Positions 34,191 through 43,136 of a stretch of 64,000 bases of DNA are shown here, one piece after another. Positions within the stretch are counted from its first letter, which is position 1. Each line of letters opens with the position of its first letter. The stretch covers positions 15,555 through 79,554 of the forward strand of contig DAOPZJ010000004.1 of the NCBI GenBank assembly GCA_035353335.1. The letters run 5' to 3'. Position numbers and translations under genes: made by a program. This DNA comes from Oscillospiraceae bacterium (GTDB taxonomy: Bacteria; Bacillota; Clostridia; Oscillospirales; JAKOTC01). The notes beneath the pieces were generated by a model, which was not told where the DNA came from, made no database searches, and worked only from the letters and a program-made list of their open reading frames with translations.

Positions 34191-35348
34191 TCACAGATAA
34201 AGTCCGATCAATCGTTGATAACGTTCCAAAACGGCATCGAGCAGGATATCCCAGGAGACCGGGATGGACTTTTGAGCATTTTTGCCGAGTTCTTTTAACT
34301 TCTTCGGATTTTTTAAAGCATCCTCGATCACACGGGCGAGCGCCATCGAATTATCGACCGAAAGCAGGCCGTTTTCTCCTTCGATAATACCTTCGGCAGT
34401 ACTGCTGCCTCTTGTCATCACTGATGCCGTGCTCATTGCGGCGGCCTCCCGTATGACCATCGGCGCGTTGTCATAGACGGAAGGAAAAACAAACAGCGAC
34501 GCCGCCTGGTACAAACCGTCTAATTTGGCAGTATCGAGTATATGGCCCGGCAAAACTGTGATATCACTGATTTCGAGTGCGCTGCATTTTTCCTCGATTT
34601 CGGCGCGGTGCGGTCCCTGTCCGGCTAAGACAAGGCGAAATTTGACTCCGGCTTTTTTTAAGACCGATGCAGCCTCAAGAATCCGCAGAATATTCTTTTT
34701 CCAATTGAGCTGTCCGACGAAAAGCAAAATCGGATCGCCATCGGGTGAATATTGTTTCAACGCTTTTTCTTTTTCATCCGGAACGGGTTTTCGAACATCG
34801 GTGCCGTTTGGCATTACGATGACGTCGCGGGAAAACCCGTAACTTTTCAATGTCTCTGCGCTGGATGCGCTGACCGCCCAGACCTCGTCGCATTTTTCAT
34901 AGAACGCCACAACATATTTGACTCCGAAATCGGCCAAAACTTCCTGCTTTGTGACCTGCAGAAAATCGTCGTAATATTTGGAGTGGAAAGTGCCGACCAG
35001 CGGAACTCCTTGTTTTTTGGCGATCCGCAGGCCTTCCTGACCTGCGGTAAACGGGCTGTGGACATGGACAATGTCAAAATCGATCATCTCCATGCGGGCG
35101 TGGTAGTGTTGGTCGAACAGCGGAACCCCTGCGCGATACTGCGGCATTTTCGGCAGCGGCATTCCGGCGAAATCTACGATCTCAAACGGATATTTGCCCC
35201 GACAGCCGGTGTCTGACATCGGCGCGATCACATAACAGTCATGCCCTTTTTGGCCAAGTGTCTGTGAATATCCCAAAACGACTCTACCGACGCCGTCGGC
35301 AATCGGTAAAAAAGAGTCGGTGAATTCTCCGATGCGCATATATTTCAT
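34191..35348 (-). CDS. Glycosyltransferase family 4 (GT-B fold)
   Basis: N-terminus IGEFTDSFLPIADGVGRV. C-terminal FVFPSVYDNAPMVIREAAA is an E-x7-E-like region. Confidence 0.8.
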   Translation of the reverse strand: MKYMRIGEFTDSFLPIADGVGRVVLGYSQTLGQKGHDCYVIAPMSDTGCRGKYPFEIVDFAGMPLPKMPQYRAGVPLFDQHYHARMEMIDFDIVHVHSPFTAGQEGLRIAKKQGVPLVGTFHSKYYDDFLQVTKQEVLADFGVKYVVAFYEKCDEVWAVSASSAETLKSYGFSRDVIVMPNGTDVRKPVPDEKEKALKQYSPDGDPILLFVGQLNWKKNILRILEAASVLKKAGVKFRLVLAGQGPHRAEIEEKCSALEISDITVLPGHILDTAKLDGLYQAASLFVFPSVYDNAPMVIREAAAMSTASVMTRGSSTAEGIIEGENGLLSVDNSMALARVIEDALKNPKKLKELGKNAQKSIPVSWDILLDAVLERYQRLIGLYL

Positions 35349-35376
35349 ACCTCCCTAATGCTGTACTCCATGCTTT

Positions 35377-37635
35377 TTATTTCTCTTTCGAAAACATCGT
35401 AATTTTTTCGTACCAATTTTTATATTGCTTCAGCGAGAACGGCGGTGTTCCGGTGACAAAATGATTGGTACCGCGTCCGTTTTGGGTACGCCATTCGATT
35501 AAAAACAGCGCTTTGTCGCTGTACATCGCGGGGATGCGTTCGAGCACCGAGAAGCCGTCGGCAGGAATCGAGAATTCCCGTTCAAACAGCGGTACACCCC
35601 TCTCATCACAGATCCGGACTTCACCCGAGAGCGGTTTGAGAGTATCGTTCACCGAGACCACGGGCAGGTTCCAGCTCTCCATCGCGCCGATCATGACGCA
35701 AAACGGCGTTTGGGAACGCTTGATATAGTCATAGGCGAGTTTCTTTTCAAAATACCAGTCGACCACTGCGTCGGACATCTGGGGCCAGCCGTCGAGCAGG
35801 TTCCACCACAAAATGCCGCTCTTGACCGATTTTTGGGTGCGCACGTTTTCGATGAAAAACTTCTTTGCTTCGGCTTGCGAGACCTGCGAAGCAAAAGTAT
35901 AATCATCGAGATTGTCCGGCACTTCGCCGAACAACTGCCGGATCTGTCTTTCCATCAAGAGCACGCGGTAGTCGTTGTCACGCTGGTCGGAGGAATGCAG
36001 ATTCCATTCGCTGTTGTTGGTATAAGGCCAGAGCTTATCCGGTGAGATGAATTTTTTGAGCGATTTTCGGCCCGGGCAGCCGTGGTAGCCGGTCTCGCTG
36101 AAAAAATGCGCTTTGGCGGTGGTATAAAAACTGCTCTTAAAATAGTCGCGCGGCCCCCAGAGGTGGAATTCCGGCAGCAAATCGTCGCGCTGCGCAGCTG
36201 CAAGTTCGTCGCAGATATACGGCGAACTGGGCAGATAGGGTCGGTTATAATCGTTTAGTTTGACGGCCTCCGGCAGTACCTTGCGGGTCAAAATATTCAG
36301 CGAGGGCAGGGTATGGTTTTGGTAAAGAATTGCGTCGCACTCGTTGTCGCCTGCCCAGAGCACCAGCGACGGGTGGTTGCGAAACTTTTTAATAATAAAA
36401 GCGGCCTCATCCGCGAGTTTTTTACAAAATTTCTCGTCTTGAGGATAGGCGTGGCAGGCCATGGCGAAGTCCTGCCAGACCATAATACCATGCTCATCGC
36501 AGAAGTCAAAGAAACAGTCCTCAGGGTAGAGGTTGCCGCCCCAGCAGCGCACCATATTGCATCCGATGTCATAAAGCAAATCGAGGGCTTTTTCATAACG
36601 ATCCCTATCGCGGCTGTGGAAAGCGTCGAGCGGCACCCAGTTGGTTCCTTTGCAAATGATGCGCTGCCCGTTGATGATAAATTCGAACTTGCCGTTCTGA
36701 CCGTCGGTGACTTCGCTGCGCGCGAGTTTCACGGTGCGGATTCCGACTTTAAGTGTCTTGTAAGCGACTTTTTCGCCGCCGATAAATATATTGACGGTCA
36801 CCTCGTAGAGATTCTGGCCACCGTAATCGCGCGGCCACCACACTTTCGGAGACGGAACTTTCACACGGACTAACACGTCTTTATAATATAGTTTTTCGGT
36901 CACCGAAAACCTGCTCTCACCGCACACGCCGGTAATCTCAATGCGGGAACCGGATTTAATCTGCTCTAATCCGAGATCGGTCATCACCGCAAAATCAAGT
37001 TCGGCAGTGTCGGCGGTCAGCTTTAATACGTCGAATGCGACTTCGGTGACCGAGAAAGCGGGTTTTTCGTAAAGAAAAACATCTTTATACAGACCGAAAG
37101 TCACCGCGCGGGGCATGATGTCCCAGCCGAATTCATGCGGCGGCTTGCGCACAAACACCGAGTCGTGGTTGAGCGGAACGGTATTGCGGGTCATAAACGC
37201 GTCGGGGGTCTCATTGTAAGCAGCCAAAATCGGGCTGTGCAAAAGAACCGCAAGGGTATTGTGCGCTTTCAACAGGGCAGTGACATCGAATTCATATTCG
37301 ATGAAAGAGTTATCGCTTTGACCAAACTTTTCGCCATTCAAATAATATTCGGCGATACAGTCGACACCGGAAAAATGCAGAATTGCAAGGCCTTTATAAC
37401 CGGGGTTATCGAAGTTTTTCGTATAACAAAACGCGCAGTCCTCGAGGTCTTTGAGCGCGGTGGTGTTCATCCCGAAATAGAGGTCGGACGGCAAAATTCC
37501 CGCCGTCGAGAGGTCGAGTTCGACATTTCCGGGCACCGTCGCCGGACAGGTATTTGTGGGTTCGGAAAGGTCAAAATTGCCCTCCTTGTCCCAGAAAAGC
37601 GTCCATTTTCCGTTAAGAGATACCGTACGCATCAA
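35377..37635 (-). CDS. Glycoside hydrolase family 2 (beta-mannosidase/exo-glucosaminidase-like)
   Basis: 752 aa. RCWGGNLYPEDCFFDFCDEHGIMVWQDF and WAGDNEC are typical of the GH2 subfamily. Confidence 0.8.
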   Translation of the reverse strand: MMRTVSLNGKWTLFWDKEGNFDLSEPTNTCPATVPGNVELDLSTAGILPSDLYFGMNTTALKDLEDCAFCYTKNFDNPGYKGLAILHFSGVDCIAEYYLNGEKFGQSDNSFIEYEFDVTALLKAHNTLAVLLHSPILAAYNETPDAFMTRNTVPLNHDSVFVRKPPHEFGWDIMPRAVTFGLYKDVFLYEKPAFSVTEVAFDVLKLTADTAELDFAVMTDLGLEQIKSGSRIEITGVCGESRFSVTEKLYYKDVLVRVKVPSPKVWWPRDYGGQNLYEVTVNIFIGGEKVAYKTLKVGIRTVKLARSEVTDGQNGKFEFIINGQRIICKGTNWVPLDAFHSRDRDRYEKALDLLYDIGCNMVRCWGGNLYPEDCFFDFCDEHGIMVWQDFAMACHAYPQDEKFCKKLADEAAFIIKKFRNHPSLVLWAGDNECDAILYQNHTLPSLNILTRKVLPEAVKLNDYNRPYLPSSPYICDELAAAQRDDLLPEFHLWGPRDYFKSSFYTTAKAHFFSETGYHGCPGRKSLKKFISPDKLWPYTNNSEWNLHSSDQRDNDYRVLLMERQIRQLFGEVPDNLDDYTFASQVSQAEAKKFFIENVRTQKSVKSGILWWNLLDGWPQMSDAVVDWYFEKKLAYDYIKRSQTPFCVMIGAMESWNLPVVSVNDTLKPLSGEVRICDERGVPLFEREFSIPADGFSVLERIPAMYSDKALFLIEWRTQNGRGTNHFVTGTPPFSLKQYKNWYEKITMFSKEK

Positions 37636-37830
37636 TTGATTCCTCCGTCAAGTCAAACATTTTTTGTCGGAACAATTTTAACATAACGGGTTTTGAAAAG
37701 CAAGTAAAGCGCCCCCGTTTCATTTTTTCTCGCAATATGATATAATTCAGCATTGGGTAAATCAGACTGAAAAAACGTGAAAATCGCATAATGAATGACT
37801 GTTGATGACAGAGTAAAAGGAGTGTCGAAT

Positions 37831-38880
37831 TTGATAATAGGCTGGCAGGCCGGAATCTCTTATGAGAGCCCGACGGCTGAGGGAAACGATTTGCCGCACA
37901 TGCTGCGGCTGCTCGACGAGATGGCTGAGCACGGCATGAATTATCTGAGCTTGATGATGACGAGCTATGCCCGATTCGATCCGGGTCACGATGGTTTCTG
38001 CTGGCCGGTAAAAGATCAAAAACTCGAATGTTTACGGGATAAAACTTGCCTGAATGCCGACGCGAAAACCGAATTTATTTCAAAAGTAATTGACGAGGCC
38101 AAACAGCGCAATATCGGCATACAGCTTTTTTCAAATTTAACGATATATAACCCCGAGAGAATCCGGGTATCATTTCCGAATGCCGCCGAGCAGCAATTGA
38201 AAAACGGGGAATTGTGCTCGTGGCTATTTTGTCCCACCAGCGCCGATGTATGGGACTTAGAACAGCGCGAGATTGCGGATTTGTTGGCGCTTTATAACCA
38301 TCCCAATGTGAAATCGGTGGGGTATGAGCGGCTCAGCTTTGCGCCGGGTTCGTGTTATTGTCCTGCCTGTGCCGAAGAATTCAAGGCTGATACCGGCGGA
38401 GACATTCACGATTTTACCGACGAAGACATGTTGTTTGATCGGTGGAAAACCGATGTGATCACGGCGAAGATGAAACTATTGAATGAGAAAATCAAGTCGA
38501 TCAAGCCCGGTACACAGGTCTATTTGCACTCGTCGTGTGCCGAGGGTTGGGGCCATGACCCAAACCGTCTGAAAGGTGCCTTGATCGACGCCGTGATGCC
38601 GCATATTGCACACTTTGAAACCACGCAAGCCCATTTTAACGCGTTGCTCGATAGGTTAGCACCCAACGACTTAGTGCTGCAAGTATGCGTACGCAATAAA
38701 GCGTTAAATAATTATCCGATTTGGACGAAAACTCCCGAGATGATCGGGCAGTTCGGCGATTGGATCAATGAATATCACGAAAAAGACAATCGACTTAGAG
38801 GTGTTTTATTCTTTAACGAGAACACGGTGTGCTCCGAAAACCGAAAAGCTGTTTATGAAGTTGCAAAACGGTTAAAGTAA
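37831..38880 (+). CDS. Hypothetical TIM-barrel glycosidase-like protein with CYCPAC motif
   Basis: The track ORF starts at 37795, but a TTG at 37831 has an AAAGGAG RBS. SCYCPACAEEFK occurs in uncharacterised glycoside-hydrolase-like families. Function unassigned. Confidence 0.45.
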   Translation: MIIGWQAGISYESPTAEGNDLPHMLRLLDEMAEHGMNYLSLMMTSYARFDPGHDGFCWPVKDQKLECLRDKTCLNADAKTEFISKVIDEAKQRNIGIQLFSNLTIYNPERIRVSFPNAAEQQLKNGELCSWLFCPTSADVWDLEQREIADLLALYNHPNVKSVGYERLSFAPGSCYCPACAEEFKADTGGDIHDFTDEDMLFDRWKTDVITAKMKLLNEKIKSIKPGTQVYLHSSCAEGWGHDPNRLKGALIDAVMPHIAHFETTQAHFNALLDRLAPNDLVLQVCVRNKALNNYPIWTKTPEMIGQFGDWINEYHEKDNRLRGVLFFNENTVCSENRKAVYEVAKRLK

Positions 38881-38973
38881 TAAAATTTCATTCTGTTTCT
38901 ATAATGGATTGACAAGCGCATTGCGGCCCATTAAAACGGCTTTGTTCGCTAAAAAAAGTTAAATTTCGAAGTG

Positions 38974-39014
38974 ATACAGCCGTGTGATTTATTACATTGC
39001 TGTATGGTTTTTTA
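38974..39014 (+). terminator. Terminator-like hairpin
   Basis: ATACAGC / GCTGTAT stem followed by GGTTTTTT. Confidence 0.5.
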
Positions 39015-39106
39015 AGAAGAGGAAAGTGATAAACTCACTGATTATTTGGATCGGTATTCGTTAATATAAAAATATAAAAGCGGGAGAACCTGGAGGATTG
39101 GGCTTT

Positions 39107-39925
39107 ATGAAGCGTTACATAATTTTTATATTAGCAGTGGTATTGTTATTTAGCAGCTGTGCTGATTTGGGGCTGAAACAACCGGATGGGATCAGCTCGG
39201 CATCGCTAAAATCGAGCCGGGTTTCGGTTCAAAGCGAGCAATCTCCGGAAGCGGTTGGGGCGAGCCAAAATTCGAATCAACAGCAGAGCAGTCAATTTAA
39301 AAGCAGCCGACAATCCTCGGTAACCTCGGAGAGCATGGCGGACGCGATTTCTTCAGCCACCCTAAGCCGTTACCGCGAAAACGAAGTCACGGAATACGAG
39401 GGATTTCGGCTGGATCCCGCCGTCGGATCGAGAGATAATTCGATTAAGGGGATACAATATGTTGATCCCGAGGGGTTTGTGATAAAAATTGATGGTTTGG
39501 TCGATAAAACTATTGAACTGGATATCGCAAAAGTGCGGGCGATGCTGGATTATCAGCGGCTGGTGACGCTGCATTGCGTCGAAGGCTGGGAAGCCACGAT
39601 CTTATGGCGCGGGGCTTTGCTTGCCGACTTGATAGATTTGGCGGGAGCAAAATCAACTGCCGACACGGTGATTTTTGAAGCGGTGGACGGGTATACCACC
39701 TCACTTCCGCTGGAATATGTGCTTTCGAAAAAATTGATTTTGGCTTATGAAGCCAACGGATTGGATCTGCCGCCCGATATGGGATATCCGTTCATCGTGG
39801 TGGCCGAAGCCAAGCGCGGGTATAAATGGGCTCGCTGGGTCAACCGCATAACACTGTCCGATGATTTAAATTACCGGGGTTACTGGGAGAGCCGTGGATT
39901 TTCAAATAAGGGAGATCTAAAATAA
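39107..39925 (+). CDS. Lipoprotein with sulfite-oxidase/MsrP (YedY)-like molybdopterin-binding domain
   Basis: Lipobox LFSSC, a Ser/Gln-rich linker, then LHCVEGWEATILWRG and GYKWARWVNRITL. Confidence 0.7.
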   Translation: MKRYIIFILAVVLLFSSCADLGLKQPDGISSASLKSSRVSVQSEQSPEAVGASQNSNQQQSSQFKSSRQSSVTSESMADAISSATLSRYRENEVTEYEGFRLDPAVGSRDNSIKGIQYVDPEGFVIKIDGLVDKTIELDIAKVRAMLDYQRLVTLHCVEGWEATILWRGALLADLIDLAGAKSTADTVIFEAVDGYTTSLPLEYVLSKKLILAYEANGLDLPPDMGYPFIVVAEAKRGYKWARWVNRITLSDDLNYRGYWESRGFSNKGDLK

Positions 39926-39928
39926 TTG

Positions 39929-39957
39929 TTGACAAATGAAAAATATGGGCATATACT
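39929..39957 (+). promoter_or_regulatory. Consensus-like sigma-70 promoter of the ars operon
   Basis: TTGACA, 17-nt spacer, TATACT. Confidence 0.6.
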
Positions 39958-39963
39958 ATAGAT

Positions 39964-39983
39964 ACATCAAAAATATTTGATGT
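39964..39983. promoter_or_regulatory. ArsR operator-like palindrome 1 (ACATCAAAAATATTTGATGT)
   Basis: A perfect 20-bp palindrome starting 7 nt after the -10 box. Confidence 0.55.
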
Positions 39984-39996
39984 GAGGTGAACGATC

Positions 39997-40311
39997 TTGG
40001 AAGATAAAAATGAAAAGCAAGCAAGGGTTTTCAAGGCATTCTGTGATGAAAACCGTCTGCGGATATTGGAACTGCTGCGCGGCGGAGAAAAGTGCGCCTG
40101 TGTGCTGATGGATAAACTCGATATGAGCCAGTCGGCGATCTCGTATCACATGAAGGTTCTGGTCGAGTCGGGCATCGTCGAGAGCCGCCAGGAGGGCAAG
40201 TGGACGCATTACAAACTCAGTGAAACGGGCAGTGCGCAAGCCGTTGAATTGTTGAGAGAACTGACTACACCTAACACGGTTTGTGATAAAGAAACCTGCT
40301 GCCAAAAATAA
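39997..40311 (+). CDS. arsR: ArsR/SmtB family metalloregulator
   Basis: TTG start with a GAGGTG RBS. GEKCACVLMDKLDMSQSAISYHMKVL carries a CxC metal site and the HTH. Confidence 0.85.
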   Translation: MEDKNEKQARVFKAFCDENRLRILELLRGGEKCACVLMDKLDMSQSAISYHMKVLVESGIVESRQEGKWTHYKLSETGSAQAVELLRELTTPNTVCDKETCCQK

Positions 40312-40351
40312 AGCCATCGCAATGATCCGCGGATGGCTTTTATCAAAACCA

Positions 40352-40373
40352 ATACATCAAAATTATTTGATAT
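40352..40373. promoter_or_regulatory. ArsR operator-like palindrome 2 (ATACATCAAAATTATTTGATAT)
   Basis: Near-duplicate of palindrome 1. It lies between arsR and the permease gene, just after the hairpin AAAGCCATC/GATGGCTTT (40310..40340). Confidence 0.5.
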
Positions 40374-40387
40374 GAAAGGGTAGCGCA

Positions 40388-41401
40388 ATGCAAGTATTAA
40401 AAGCTATTTGGGACTTTATACAAACCCAAATTCTCGGTATGAAGTGGTTAAATGACCTCATCGGGAGCGGGCTTTCCGCCCTTGGATTGGATCTTGAAAA
40501 CCGGTGGGTCAACAGCGCACAGTTTTTCCTTTATGATGTAATTAAAATCACGGTGCTGCTGTGCCTGTTGATTTTTGTGATCAGCTACATCCAGAGCTAT
40601 TTTCCGCCGGAGCGCAGTAAAAAGATTCTCGGACGCTTTCACGGCATCGGTGCAAATACCGTTGCAGCGCTGCTCGGTACGGTTACGCCGTTTTGTTCGT
40701 GTTCGTCCATTCCACTGTTCATCGGCTTTACCTCCGCGGGCCTGCCGGTCGGCGTGACGTTTTCGTTTCTGATTTCCTCGCCGATGGTCGACTTAGGTTC
40801 CTTGGTGCTGTTGATGAGCATTTTCGGGGTTAAGGTTGCAATAATCTATGTTTTGTTCGGACTGATTGTCGCGGTTGCAGGCGGTACGCTGATTGAAAAA
40901 CTGCATATGGAGAGATATGTGGAGAGCTTTATTCTGACCGCCGGAAGCGTGGACATCGAATCGCCCGATCTGACTAAAAGAGACCGGCTGGTTTACGCCA
41001 AAGAACAGATGTTCGCGACTTTTAAAAAGGTGATCCTGTACATTTTAATCGGCGTTGCGGTCGGTGCTGTCATTCACAATTGGATTCCCGAGCAATGGAT
41101 CAGCGCCGCACTCGGCAGCAACAACCCCTTCGGCGTGATCATTGCGACATTGATCGGCGTCCCGATGTACGCGGATATTTTTGGCACGATTCCGATTGCC
41201 GAAGCCCTGTTTGCAAAAGGTGCGCAATTAGGTGTGATCCTGTCTTTTATGATGGCCGTTACAACGCTGTCGCTTCCGTCGATGATCATGCTTCGTAAAG
41301 CGGTGAAACCCAAACTGCTGGCACTGTTTATCGCAATTTGTACCGTCGGCATCATCCTGGTCGGATATCTGTTCAACGCACTTCAGACACTGATTATATA
41401 A
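40388..41401 (+). CDS. arsP: COG0701-type permease (ArsP-like organoarsenical efflux permease)
   Basis: 337 aa, polytopic. The TPFCSCSSIPLF motif is characteristic of this permease family. Confidence 0.7.
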   Translation: MQVLKAIWDFIQTQILGMKWLNDLIGSGLSALGLDLENRWVNSAQFFLYDVIKITVLLCLLIFVISYIQSYFPPERSKKILGRFHGIGANTVAALLGTVTPFCSCSSIPLFIGFTSAGLPVGVTFSFLISSPMVDLGSLVLLMSIFGVKVAIIYVLFGLIVAVAGGTLIEKLHMERYVESFILTAGSVDIESPDLTKRDRLVYAKEQMFATFKKVILYILIGVAVGAVIHNWIPEQWISAALGSNNPFGVIIATLIGVPMYADIFGTIPIAEALFAKGAQLGVILSFMMAVTTLSLPSMIMLRKAVKPKLLALFIAICTVGIILVGYLFNALQTLII

Positions 41402-41423
41402 AAACTTATCGGAGGAAAAGAAA

Positions 41424-41714
41424 ATGGCTAAAAAGTGGTATCCTGTTGTCAATTATCTGATTTGCGAGGACTGCGGCACCTGTGTTGCAAAGTGCCCGCA
41501 CGGCGTGTATGACGTCAAAAAGGCGCCGTCGCCGGTTGTGATAAGCCCCGATGAATGCGTCGATCACTGCCACGGCTGCGGCAACCGCTGTCCCGTCGGT
41601 GCGATTACTTATGTCGGCGACGACACCGGCTGGACGCCGCCGAACAAAAAAGCGGCGGCTGAAAGTTCATGCGGCTGCGACGGCGGCAACAGCAGAGGCG
41701 GCTGTGATTGCTGA
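41424..41714 (+). CDS. Small 4Fe-4S dicluster ferredoxin-like protein with Cys-rich tail
   Basis: CEDCGTCVAKCP and CVDHCHGCGNRCP motifs. Tail SSCGCDGGNSRGGCDC. Confidence 0.7.
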   Translation: MAKKWYPVVNYLICEDCGTCVAKCPHGVYDVKKAPSPVVISPDECVDHCHGCGNRCPVGAITYVGDDTGWTPPNKKAAAESSCGCDGGNSRGGCDC

Positions 41715-41740
41715 CAATAAATTAAAACGAAAAGGAGCGA

Positions 41741-42085
41741 GTGATTATGTCAATCTTTAATAAGAAAAAGGAAGAATCCTGCTGCTGTGGAAACTGCGAC
41801 GCAAAAAGTATGGAACAAGCAGAGAAGGCAAAAACCGAAGGCGCGAGTGTAAAAGTGCTTGGAAGCGGCTGCGCCAAATGCAATCAGCTCGAAGCGTCGG
41901 TCAAAGAGGCCTTGTTGTTGCTCGGAATGGATGCGGCGATCGACCATGTGACCGATTTCGCCCAGATTGCCGCATACGGCGTCATGAGCACGCCCGCACT
42001 GGTCGTGGACGGCAAGGTCGTTTCTTACGGCAAGGTGTTGAAGACCGAAGAAGTCATCAAAATTTTACAGAAAGTCAGGGGCTAA
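41741..42085 (+). CDS. Thioredoxin-fold protein (MTH895/redox-active disulfide protein 2-like) with N-terminal CCCGNC extension
   Basis: VKVLGSGCAKCNQLE...STPALVVDGKVVSYGKV. The upstream 35 aa contain CCCGNCD. Confidence 0.75.
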   Translation: MIMSIFNKKKEESCCCGNCDAKSMEQAEKAKTEGASVKVLGSGCAKCNQLEASVKEALLLLGMDAAIDHVTDFAQIAAYGVMSTPALVVDGKVVSYGKVLKTEEVIKILQKVRG

Positions 42086-42087
42086 AA

Positions 42088-42291
42088 ATGAAAGCTGTCA
42101 TTGATAAGAGGAAGTGCTCTTCCGACCTGAGGATGTGCAAGCCGATGAAAGAATGTCCCACCGGTGCGATTTCGTGGATTGAAGACGACGACGAGCCGCT
42201 CGGTTCCCGCATGGAGATCGATGAGGGTAAATGCACCGGCTGCGGGCTCTGTGTCGAGTTGTGCTGCGGAAACTGCATCGAAGTAAAGTAA
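42088..42291 (+). CDS. Small 4Fe-4S-binding-domain protein
   Basis: The ATG at 42088 lies within track ORF 41878..42291. MKAVIDKRKCSS...CPTGAI...CTGCGLCVELCCGNC. Confidence 0.6.
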   Translation: MKAVIDKRKCSSDLRMCKPMKECPTGAISWIEDDDEPLGSRMEIDEGKCTGCGLCVELCCGNCIEVK

Positions 42292-42335
42292 AACAAATAT
42301 AACACGTTATAACTGCGAACCTTAAGGAGTTATTT

Positions 42336-43124
42336 ATGAGTGGCAAAGAGGAAACCAGAGAGCAAATCCGAAAAAAGTATTCGAAAATTGCGTTGAAGGG
42401 CGGCGAAGATTGCGGCTGCAGTTCGGGATGCTGCGGTGCGAAACCCCGCCTTGACGTTAAGGAAATCACCAAAAATCTCGGATACTCCGATGATGACCTT
42501 TCAAATATGCCCAATCAGGTAAATATGGGCCTCGGCTGCGGGAATCCTCTTGCGATCGCCTCACTCAAAGAGGGCGAGACGGTTCTCGATTTGGGCAGCG
42601 GGGGCGGTTTCGACTGCTTTTTGGCCAGGAGAAAAGTCGGTGAATCCGGGCATGTCATCGGCATCGATATGACGCCCGAAATGATCAAGCTGTCGCGTGA
42701 AAACGCCCGAAAAAGCAAAGTCGCGAATGTGGAGTTTCGCCTTGGCGAAATTGAGCATATGCCGGTTGCGGACGGCGTCGTGGATGTGATTATCTCAAAC
42801 TGCGTGATCAATTTATCGGTTGAAAAAGAAAAGGTGTTCAAAGAGGCCTACCGGGTTTTGAAAACCGGAGGGAGAATCTGCGTTTCCGACGTCGTTGCGA
42901 CTGCCGAACTGCCCGAGGAATTGAAAAAGAACATCGCCATGCTGACGGGCTGCATTGCGGGAGCGGAATATGTTGAAAACCTCAGAGCGATGTTAACAAA
43001 CGCCGGTTTTAAAAACATTCGAATGACCCCGAAAGACAACAGCAGAGAAATCCTGTCCTCTTGGGCGCCCGGAAAAGGCGTCGAAAATTACGTGGCTTCC
43101 TATATCATCGAGGCGGAAAAATAA
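42336..43124 (+). CDS. arsM: Arsenite S-adenosylmethionine methyltransferase
   Basis: N-terminal CGCSSGCCG, SAM motif VLDLGSGGGFDCF, and ISNCVINL. Confidence 0.85.
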   Translation: MSGKEETREQIRKKYSKIALKGGEDCGCSSGCCGAKPRLDVKEITKNLGYSDDDLSNMPNQVNMGLGCGNPLAIASLKEGETVLDLGSGGGFDCFLARRKVGESGHVIGIDMTPEMIKLSRENARKSKVANVEFRLGEIEHMPVADGVVDVIISNCVINLSVEKEKVFKEAYRVLKTGGRICVSDVVATAELPEELKKNIAMLTGCIAGAEYVENLRAMLTNAGFKNIRMTPKDNSREILSSWAPGKGVENYVASYIIEAEK

Positions 43125-43136
43125 TAATTTTCGAAA

